Shown one piece after another: positions 1 to 7,671 of a DNA stretch of 64,000 nt. The translations under genes were made by a program, and so were the position numbers. Origin of the DNA: an uncultured Bacilli bacterium (GTDB lineage: Bacteria; Bacillota_I; Bacilli_A; RF39; UBA660); the NCBI GenBank assembly GCA_944372545.1, contig CALVZO010000041.1, forward strand, positions 3,325 to 67,324, in the 5' to 3' direction. Numbering within the stretch: the first letter of the stretch is position 1; every line of letters starts with the position of its first letter. Below the pieces are notes generated by a model. It saw only the letters and a program-made list of their open reading frames with translations. It did not search any database and had not been told where the DNA came from.

Positions 1-71
1 ATTGCATTAATTATAATTTTTTATCATAATAATAAAAGTTTAGTTTATTAAACTAAGGAGAGAGAAAAAAG

Positions 72-629
72 ATGTTTGAAATAGTTGATGAAACGGAATT
101 ATTCAAAAGACATCCGAATTTAAATAAATTACAGTTAGCGCACTTCTTAAATGATTGCTTCAAGATGGTAAAAAAAGACTTATTGAGCAAAAAATTAGCA
201 GATGTTTATTCAAGTGATGATTATCCGAATGTTGAAATCCACTTAAATGACATTAATAATGGTATGTTATTTGCTTTATATCGCGATGGTTTAATTGGGG
301 CAATTAGTTATTCAAAAGGAAATATTAAAGATGATTTTGGTTTAAGAAATGATCAAGAATATGATGATTTTATGACTAAAATAAATGTCGATAAAACTAA
401 TTATTGTACTTTGCATCGATTATTTGTTATACCAGAATATCAAGGGCAGGGGGTTGGTAAAGCTTTAATTAAAGAAGCTGAATCCAGGTTTAAAAATACA
501 ACAATTTTATTTTTAGTTTCGCCATTTAATATTCCTGCAATTAACATGTATGAAAAATTGGATTATCAAAATTTAGGCTCTTATCCATTTGCTTTTGGTA
601 ATTTTGTTGTCTTTAAAAAAGAAAATTGA
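72..629 (+). CDS. GNAT family N-acetyltransferase
   Basis: 185-aa ORF behind RBS aaggagag. The acetyl-CoA pocket motif QGQGVGKALI is typical of the GNAT fold. Ends in TGA. Confidence 0.7.
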   Translation: MFEIVDETELFKRHPNLNKLQLAHFLNDCFKMVKKDLLSKKLADVYSSDDYPNVEIHLNDINNGMLFALYRDGLIGAISYSKGNIKDDFGLRNDQEYDDFMTKINVDKTNYCTLHRLFVIPEYQGQGVGKALIKEAESRFKNTTILFLVSPFNIPAINMYEKLDYQNLGSYPFAFGNFVVFKKEN

Positions 630-647
630 TTTGTTAAAATACTAATT

Positions 648-2252
648 ATGAAAAAGAATATACTTATTTTTACTGCATTAGCAGCTTTGCTTTGTTCGTC
701 TTGTGCGACTGTTACTACTTCATCTAGTTCTAGTTTTTCATCTTCAAGTGATGATTTAACTACAACTACATCTAGTACCACTTCATCAACTAGTACGACA
801 ACAAGCTATCCTACTTCAATAAGTGTTGATTCTAATCCAAATACATTAGATTTTTACGCTATAAATGATTTTCATGGTCATCTTCAAGAAAATATTAATA
901 ATTATGAGCCCGGTTTAGCGAGAATTAAAACTTATTTAAATTATGAAAAACAAAAAAATCCAGATGGTTTTGTTTTCTTAAGCAGCGGGGATACATTTCA
1001 AGAAACTTATGATTCTTCAATTAATAAAGGTGAAGTTATGGCTAAAGCTTTGCCTTTAATGGAATGTGAAACGATGACTTTAGGTAATCATGAATTCGAT
1101 TGGGGAATTGATATTATAAAAAGAAATGCCGAATTTGCAGGGTCTTGTACATTTTTAGCAGCGAATTTGTATTATTATGATGAAGAAAATAAACAAGTAT
1201 TAGACTTTGCTAGCGATATTGTTAAAGAATATAAAATAATTGAACGTGGCGATTTTAAAATCGGTATTATTGGTATTATCGGACAAGGACAAATTACTTC
1301 TATTACTTCCTCTATTTGGGAAGGATTAACCTTTTTAGAACCTACAGAAATTGTTAAATCATTATCTGACGAATTAAAAGGTGAATTAGGATGTGATGTA
1401 GTCGTTGTTAGTGCGCATGCTGGTTTTGGTGATTTAGGATATACTTTTGCTAATCAAGTTACATCTATATCTCCTGTTACTAATAAAAGATATATTGATG
1501 CATGTTTTACAGCGCATTCCCATGGCTTTGATGATAAATATGTTAATAACGTCCCATTTTTACAAAGTGGAAGTAAGGGTCAATATATTTCCCATATTAA
1601 ATTAGAAGTTAAAGATGATGGCAGTGTAACAAGACTATACGCTCAAAGTGAACCTATCATGATGGATTTACCTCAAGATTATGAAATTCAATCTTATTTA
1701 GATTCTTATTTTGATGAAGCTTTCTATCAAGAAAAAGATGAAATAGTTGGCACTATTGAAGGCGCAAGTTATCTATCTAGATCTTTAGCGGGTAACTTAC
1801 TCGCGTATACAACGTATGATTTATTAGAAGATGAAAATATTGAAGTTGATGTCGTTATGAATAATGGCGGAAGAAATTCTATTAATCTTTTTGATAATGG
1901 TGGAATTTCTTTAGGGTTAATTTATGATGCTTTACCATTTTTAAATACAACGTATGTTTCAAGTGTTAAGGGCAGTGAAATTATGTATGAAATAAATTAT
2001 GGTAACACTTATTATGCACCAAATTTAACTCAAATTGATCCAAATAAATATTACACACTTGCGTGTATTGATTATTTATTACTACATAAAGATGTTGATA
2101 GAGAATATGATTATTTTCCAACATATGATGGAAATTATTCACATATAATTACCGATTATTCTTATGAAATTGTTTATGACTATTTTAAAGAAAATAAGAC
2201 AATTTCAATATCTACTTTAAATAATGATGCTGGATTTAGTAATCTAGACTAA
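648..2252 (+). CDS. Secreted/lipoprotein 5'-nucleotidase-type metallophosphoesterase
   Basis: Signal peptide with a Cys-containing lipobox-like LLCSSCA and a Ser/Thr-rich linker. Calcineurin-type motifs NDFHG, GDTFQ and GNHEFD follow, as in the UshA/5'-nucleotidase family. Confidence 0.75.
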   Translation: MKKNILIFTALAALLCSSCATVTTSSSSSFSSSSDDLTTTTSSTTSSTSTTTSYPTSISVDSNPNTLDFYAINDFHGHLQENINNYEPGLARIKTYLNYEKQKNPDGFVFLSSGDTFQETYDSSINKGEVMAKALPLMECETMTLGNHEFDWGIDIIKRNAEFAGSCTFLAANLYYYDEENKQVLDFASDIVKEYKIIERGDFKIGIIGIIGQGQITSITSSIWEGLTFLEPTEIVKSLSDELKGELGCDVVVVSAHAGFGDLGYTFANQVTSISPVTNKRYIDACFTAHSHGFDDKYVNNVPFLQSGSKGQYISHIKLEVKDDGSVTRLYAQSEPIMMDLPQDYEIQSYLDSYFDEAFYQEKDEIVGTIEGASYLSRSLAGNLLAYTTYDLLEDENIEVDVVMNNGGRNSINLFDNGGISLGLIYDALPFLNTTYVSSVKGSEIMYEINYGNTYYAPNLTQIDPNKYYTLACIDYLLLHKDVDREYDYFPTYDGNYSHIITDYSYEIVYDYFKENKTISISTLNNDAGFSNLD

Positions 2253-2872
2253 GATTTATTTAATAAATTGTTTATATTATTTATGATGGTGTTGACTTTA
2301 TCTAAATCAAGACCATCATTTTTATTATTAACAAAAATATAATCAGCGTTTAACTTACTCTTTTCAATATATAAATCGTGCATCGGCTTAACGGTATCAT
2401 AAAATTGTTTTAAAACACTTTCTTTTGTTCTTCCTCTTAAGACGATATCGCGATTAATACGTCGATTTAATCTAACATCCTCATCAGCGTCGACATATAT
2501 TTTATAATCTGCAATTTCTAATAATTGTGGAAAATATAAAGCGAAAATACCATCGATTAATAATATTTGATTATATTTAATTTTAATTGTTTCATTGCTT
2601 CTTAAATGTAGTTTAAAATCGTATGTAGGAATAATAATATCATTTCCATTTTTATATTCATTTATTTTTTCTAATAGCAAAGATACTTCATAAGCATTAG
2701 GATCATCATAGTTGAGTTTACATCTTTGTTCAAAACTTAAATGTGAGTTGTTTTTGTAAAAGTTATCAATATTAATTAACGAAGCATTATTTATCATTTT
2801 TAAAATTGTATCGCAAAGTAAAGTTTTGCCACTGGCAGAACCTCCACCAATAAGAACAATTAAAGGCTTCAT
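2249..2872 (-). CDS. udk: Uridine kinase
   Basis: P-loop GGGSASGKT plus the YVDADEDVRLNRRINRD and VKPMH blocks of uridine/cytidine kinase. Four-nt overlap with the pepT stop. Confidence 0.85.
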   Translation of the reverse strand: MKPLIVLIGGGSASGKTLLCDTILKMINNASLINIDNFYKNNSHLSFEQRCKLNYDDPNAYEVSLLLEKINEYKNGNDIIIPTYDFKLHLRSNETIKIKYNQILLIDGIFALYFPQLLEIADYKIYVDADEDVRLNRRINRDIVLRGRTKESVLKQFYDTVKPMHDLYIEKSKLNADYIFVNNKNDGLDLDKVNTIINNINNLLNKS

Positions 2873-4089
2873 ACTTTAACAACCTCCTTTAATATTTCAA
2901 TAAGCATATTATGTTCGCGAACATTTAAAAATTCTAAAACACCATGATGGTTGTATGATCCTGTACCAAGATTGGGAGTAGGGCAACCTTTAAAAGAAAA
3001 AGTCGCTCCATCAGTGCCACCTCGAATGGGAATGAATTTATATGGAATATTTAAATTATTGTAAGCTTTTATAATTTTATCTAACACGCTTTTATTTTGA
3101 TTAATAATTTCGGCCATATTTTTATATTGATATTTAATATTTAAATCCACATGAGATTTATTATATTTTTCTTCAACTATTTCTTTTGCTTTAACAAATT
3201 GATTTATTTTTTCTTCCAATTTTTCTTTATCAAAGTCTCTAACAATATAATTCATTGTTGTTAAAGATTCTTCACCATTAATGCTGTTTAAATGGTGAAA
3301 TCCTTGATAATCTTGGGTTTTTGCAGGGATTTCATCAGGATTTAAAAGGTTATCAAATTCATTAGCTAATAAAATTGAATTAATCATTTTGCCTTTTGCT
3401 TCACCTGGATGAATATTAAAACCACTTATTTTTACAATAACACTAGCGGCATTAAAGTTTTCATAACTAATTCCATAAGGAGTATCGCCATCAATCGTAT
3501 AAGCATAATTTGCTTTAAAAATTTTATTATCAAAATGATCTGCGCCTCTTCCTATTTCTTCATCACAAGTAAATAAAATTGATATAGGAACATGTTTAAA
3601 ATCTTTGTTAGTAGCGATATATCTTATTAAATTCATAATAATAGAAATACCAGCTTTATCATCCGCGCCTAACAATGTTGTTCCATCGGTAGTTATTAAA
3701 GTATCACCAATAAAATCATTTAAAATATGGAAATCGTTTTTAGATAAAATAACATTATTTTTTAAAATGATATCTTGTCCAGAATAATTATTAATGATGT
3801 TAGGTTTAACATCTTTTCCTGATACTTCTAAAGCGGTATCCATATGGGCATTAAAACCGATAGTGTCATAACCTTTTTCACCTTCAATAAATAAGTGGAC
3901 TTGACCAAATTCATCAATATAAGCATTATTAAAACCTAACTTTTTTATATCATTAAGTATTTCTTTAGCAAGATTAAGTTGTTTAGCGCTGCTAGGAGAA
4001 GTTAAACTTGTATCATCACTTTGTGTATCTATTTGGACATATTTTAAAAAATAATCTAATTTATTTAAATCATTATCCATTTTTGTCAT
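2869..4089 (-). CDS. pepT: Peptidase T (M20B tripeptide aminopeptidase)
   Basis: Colinear M20 motifs HMDT, GADDKAGI, CDEEIGRGA and HPGEAKGKM. Length 406 aa. Confidence 0.85.
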   Translation of the reverse strand: MTKMDNDLNKLDYFLKYVQIDTQSDDTSLTSPSSAKQLNLAKEILNDIKKLGFNNAYIDEFGQVHLFIEGEKGYDTIGFNAHMDTALEVSGKDVKPNIINNYSGQDIILKNNVILSKNDFHILNDFIGDTLITTDGTTLLGADDKAGISIIMNLIRYIATNKDFKHVPISILFTCDEEIGRGADHFDNKIFKANYAYTIDGDTPYGISYENFNAASVIVKISGFNIHPGEAKGKMINSILLANEFDNLLNPDEIPAKTQDYQGFHHLNSINGEESLTTMNYIVRDFDKEKLEEKINQFVKAKEIVEEKYNKSHVDLNIKYQYKNMAEIINQNKSVLDKIIKAYNNLNIPYKFIPIRGGTDGATFSFKGCPTPNLGTGSYNHHGVLEFLNVREHNMLIEILKEVVKV

Positions 4090-4696
4090 CCTTATTTAAA
4101 TTTAATATTTTATCTACGCCAGTAAGTTCAAAAAAGTAGGGCAATTGTTCGCACCATTTACAAAAAACATGCCATTCTTTTAATTTATGGAATCTTCTTT
4201 GTAAATACATAGTTTTAAGTTGTTGATAATTAGTAGTCATTGTCGCACCTAAACAAAATCCACATGGTAGTGACGCGACAATCTTTCTCCAAAGTACAAC
4301 TTTATTTGGATCATCATTATTTAATTTTAAATATTCATCAATAAGACTTTTAACAATTTCAATAACCCTTTCATCAGTGTCTTCAACACATTGATTTTTG
4401 ACATCAAATTTTAATAAACAATGCATAGTGGATTGGCTTGAAACATAATCAAACCAATGATATCTTTGTGCTTGTTTCCAAAAATATAATGGAGCGGTCA
4501 AATCCATTTGAACAATTATTCCTTTTAAAAAATTATCATGTCCTTGTCCATTTAAGGTTTGTCCTAATTTAAATGCACGATTAAAATCTTTTTCATTGAC
4601 ATCATTACGATCAAATATTGTTCGCATTGGATTCCCAGATGCTTTAATTGATTTTTCTATTCCATAGACTTCAGTATTTTCAATTTTAAATTCCAT
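4073..4696 (-). CDS. ThyX-fold protein with degenerate ThyX signature (function uncertain)
   Basis: Colinear with the ThyX core (GHDNF, TAPLYFW, SSQS, LQRRFHK). The RHR motif reads R78-Y79-H80 (nt 4457-4465). Tightly packed between folD and pepT. Confidence 0.5.
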   Translation of the reverse strand: MEFKIENTEVYGIEKSIKASGNPMRTIFDRNDVNEKDFNRAFKLGQTLNGQGHDNFLKGIIVQMDLTAPLYFWKQAQRYHWFDYVSSQSTMHCLLKFDVKNQCVEDTDERVIEIVKSLIDEYLKLNNDDPNKVVLWRKIVASLPCGFCLGATMTTNYQQLKTMYLQRRFHKLKEWHVFCKWCEQLPYFFELTGVDKILNLNKDDKNG

Positions 4697-4700
4697 TTTT

Positions 4701-5495
4701 TTAATTTTCTCCTTTACAAATTTGAATTAAATTTTCATATAAAGCAAGACGAGTCAATAATCCAACACCACCAGGGACAGGAGTTTGTAAGGCGACTGGT
4801 AAATCTTTTAATGCATCACCTTTTAATCCGTTTTCGCTTCGATTAATACCAACATCTACAACAACTGCATCTTTTTTATAAGAAAAACGATTATCTAAAA
4901 AGCTTTCTTTTCCAATTGCTATAACAATAATATCAGCATGACTAATATAAAACTTCATATCTTCAAATGTTGTTTTTGAATGTAAAATTGTCGTATTACA
5001 ATTTTCTTTTAATAACAATTTAGCCATTGGTTTACCAACAATATTACTTCTACCAATTACAACTGCATTTTTAGATGATAGTGTTATATTTTCGTGTTTA
5101 AGGTAATTTATAATTCCCTGTGGAGTGCATGGATTTAATTTACTTAATGGGTGAAAACCATCTACATCTTTTAAAGGTGAAATGGCTAATTTTATTTTTT
5201 CTTCATCAATATGTTTACCTAATGGAAGTTGAACAATAATCCCATCAATTGATTCATCATCATTATATTGTTTTATAATATCTAATAAATCGTTTTGACT
5301 AATATTTTTATCTAATTGTAGCAATTTAGCATCTATATCTAATTCTTTTGCATCTTTTAATTTACCTTTGATATATGCTTTGCTTGCTTCATCCTCATTA
5401 GCGTTAATAATAATTAAAGAAGGTTTTCTTTTTAATGATAAAACTATATTTTTTAATTCTTGTTTTCTTTTTAAAACATATTCTTTGATAGTCAT
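4701..5495 (-). CDS. folD: Bifunctional 5,10-methylene-THF dehydrogenase / methenyl-THF cyclohydrolase
   Basis: Full-length match to the FolD pattern: YIKGKLK, GIIVQLPL, GRSNIVGKPMA and PVPGGVGLLT. Confidence 0.9.
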   Translation of the reverse strand: MTIKEYVLKRKQELKNIVLSLKRKPSLIIINANEDEASKAYIKGKLKDAKELDIDAKLLQLDKNISQNDLLDIIKQYNDDESIDGIIVQLPLGKHIDEEKIKLAISPLKDVDGFHPLSKLNPCTPQGIINYLKHENITLSSKNAVVIGRSNIVGKPMAKLLLKENCNTTILHSKTTFEDMKFYISHADIIVIAIGKESFLDNRFSYKKDAVVVDVGINRSENGLKGDALKDLPVALQTPVPGGVGLLTRLALYENLIQICKGEN

Positions 5496-5496
5496 T

Positions 5497-5970
5497 TTAT
5501 TTAATCTCTATTTTTATATCTTTTCCTTGATATTTTCTTAATTTGATACCTGCAAGTTCTAACATCTTTTTAGAAGCTTGTGTCGTAATTTGATTTTCAT
5601 ATTTATTGTCTAAATAAACAACTTCTTTAATTCCAACTTGAATTATTGCTTTAGCGCATTCGTTACAAGGAAATAAAGTCACATATAAAATACAATTTTT
5701 CAAAGCAGAACCATTTCTAGTATTTAATATTGCGTTAAATTCAGCGTGGCAAACATACAAATATTTACTATCTAATCCTTCTCCTTTGTTCCACGATAAA
5801 TTTTCTTCATCAATATGTCTTGGCATGCCATTATAACCAATTGAGACAACTTTATTATCTTCATCGACAATGCACGCACCGACTTTAGTGTTTGGATCTT
5901 TACTTCTTAAAGAACTTAAAAGGGCTATGCCCATAAAATATTCATCCCAGTTTATATTATTCGTTTTCAT
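5497..5970 (-). CDS. dCMP deaminase (ComEB-type)
   Basis: Cytidine/deoxycytidylate deaminase zinc motifs CHAE and PCNECAK. N-terminal WDEYFMGIA block. 157 aa. Confidence 0.88.
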   Translation of the reverse strand: MKTNNINWDEYFMGIALLSSLRSKDPNTKVGACIVDEDNKVVSIGYNGMPRHIDEENLSWNKGEGLDSKYLYVCHAEFNAILNTRNGSALKNCILYVTLFPCNECAKAIIQVGIKEVVYLDNKYENQITTQASKKMLELAGIKLRKYQGKDIKIEIK

Positions 5971-6079
5971 ATTTTTTATTTTAGCAAAAATAATATTATA
6001 AATATATATTTAATTAATAAATTAATTAATTTTTATTTATTAGATAGATATTTAACATAGAAAGTGTCATAATTATTTT

Positions 6080-6769
6080 ATGGATTTTGTTGGTATTGAA
6101 AAACTTTCATTAGTTGATTATGATGGCAAAATATCTTGCATTTTATTTGCTAAAGGTTGCAATTTTTTATGTCCGTTTTGTCATAACAGCGAATTAGTCT
6201 TAGGAAAGATTAATTCCTTCATACCATTTGAAGATATATTAAATTATTTAAAATCAAGAAAAAATGTTTTAGACGCTGTTGTAATAAGTGGTGGAGAACC
6301 AACTTTAATGGATGACTTAAAAGATAAAATTATTCAAATTAAAAAGCTTGGTTTTTTAATTAAACTTGATACAAATGGAACAAGATTTGAAGTTTTACAA
6401 GACCTAATTAATTCTAATTTAGTTGATTATGTCGCTATGGATGTAAAAAATGATTTAAATTCTTATCAATTGACAATTAATAAAAATGATTTTGATTTAA
6501 CTGATGTTATTAAAAGTATCAATCTATTATTAGAAAATAGAGTCGATTATGAATTTCGCACTACTTTAGTTAAAGAATTCCATAATGAAGAATCTATTAT
6601 TAATATGGCAAAAATGCTAAAAGGCGCTAAAAGGTTATATTTACAAAAATTTATATCAAGTGAAAATTGTTTTAATAAAAATCTTCATCCTATAGAAAAA
6701 GAAGTATCTTTACATTATGTAAAAATACTTTCAGATTATATTGATCAAGTTGAATTAAGAGGTTATTGA
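6080..6769 (+). CDS. nrdG: Anaerobic ribonucleotide reductase activating protein (radical SAM), copy 2
   Basis: CNFLCPFCHN radical-SAM cluster, GGEPTL, KLDTNGT and YEFRTTLV blocks. Full-length paralogue of 10068-10757. Convergent with the trxB-like gene, overlapping its 3' end by 7 nt. Confidence 0.75.
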   Translation: MDFVGIEKLSLVDYDGKISCILFAKGCNFLCPFCHNSELVLGKINSFIPFEDILNYLKSRKNVLDAVVISGGEPTLMDDLKDKIIQIKKLGFLIKLDTNGTRFEVLQDLINSNLVDYVAMDVKNDLNSYQLTINKNDFDLTDVIKSINLLLENRVDYEFRTTLVKEFHNEESIINMAKMLKGAKRLYLQKFISSENCFNKNLHPIEKEVSLHYVKILSDYIDQVELRGY

Positions 6770-7671
6770 TTTAAATATTTAACTGCATTTATCGCACTAA
6801 TAGAGCCTTCACTACAGGCATTTATTACTTGGCGAATATCTTTTTTAATTGTATCACCACAAGCAAAGACACCTTTTAAAGAAGTCTCCATATTATTATT
6901 TGTTAAAATATAACCTTGATCTAATTTAATTATATTTTCAAACCTTTTGTTATCTGAAATTTGACCAATTGCAATAAAGACATTATTTGTATTTATTTTA
7001 ATAATTTCACCAGTTTTAGTATTTTTAAAAACTAAACCTTGTAAATTATTTTCACCTATATATTCAATTAAAGACATATTATAATTTATAAATATTTTTT
7101 CACTATTGAGTACTTTATTTTGCAATATTTCATCACCAAATAAATGATCAAATAGGCAATACATATTAACTTTTGGACAATAGCTTTCTAACATTAAGGC
7201 ATATTGTAAAGCACTATTAGCGTCACCAATAATATTTACTTCTTCGCCTTTATAAAATGGACCATCACATGTCGCACAATATGAAATGCCATGACCAATT
7301 AATTTTTCCTCATTTGGCAAATTTAAAGTTCTATGCTTAACTCCATTAGCAATAATAACTGCACCAGCTTCATATTGTTTAAAATTAGTTTTAATAAGAA
7401 ATTTCTTTTCTTCTAATTTAACAATTTCTAAAACTTCATCAAGTTCAAAATCTACACCTAAATTATTAATTTGACTAAACAAATTATCAGCAAATTCTAA
7501 TCCAGATATTTTTTCAATACTAGGATAATTTTCTAAGCGTGGTGAAGTAGCGATTTGCCCACCAAAAGATTCTTTTTCGATTATTAATACTTTTTTATTT
7601 TCTCTTAAAGCGTATAAAGCAGCACTCATCCCTGACGGGCCGCCACCAACGATTACAATATCATATCTCAT
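6763..7671 (-). CDS. Thioredoxin-reductase-like flavoprotein with degenerate NAD(P)H site
   Basis: FAD motif GGGPSG and redox CATC (res. 132-135). The NADPH GGGNSA motif reads GDANSA (nt 7210-7227) and HRRxxxR is absent (CLFDHLF). The ATG shares one base with the nrdD stop (TAATG). Confidence 0.7.
   Translation of the reverse strand: MRYDIVIVGGGPSGMSAALYALRENKKVLIIEKESFGGQIATSPRLENYPSIEKISGLEFADNLFSQINNLGVDFELDEVLEIVKLEEKKFLIKTNFKQYEAGAVIIANGVKHRTLNLPNEEKLIGHGISYCATCDGPFYKGEEVNIIGDANSALQYALMLESYCPKVNMYCLFDHLFGDEILQNKVLNSEKIFINYNMSLIEYIGENNLQGLVFKNTKTGEIIKINTNNVFIAIGQISDNKRFENIIKLDQGYILTNNNMETSLKGVFACGDTIKKDIRQVINACSEGSISAINAVKYLNQ

Noticed and set aside
5999-6029. AT palindromes (TAAATATATATTTA, and TTAATTAAT-AA-ATTAATTAA) as NrdR boxes for the nrd genes; likewise AAATATATTGTAAA near 12841
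   Set aside because: Only the ATATAT core resembles the NrdR box. The conserved ACA/TGT flanks and the two-box spacing are missing. Such palindromes arise by chance in DNA this AT-rich.
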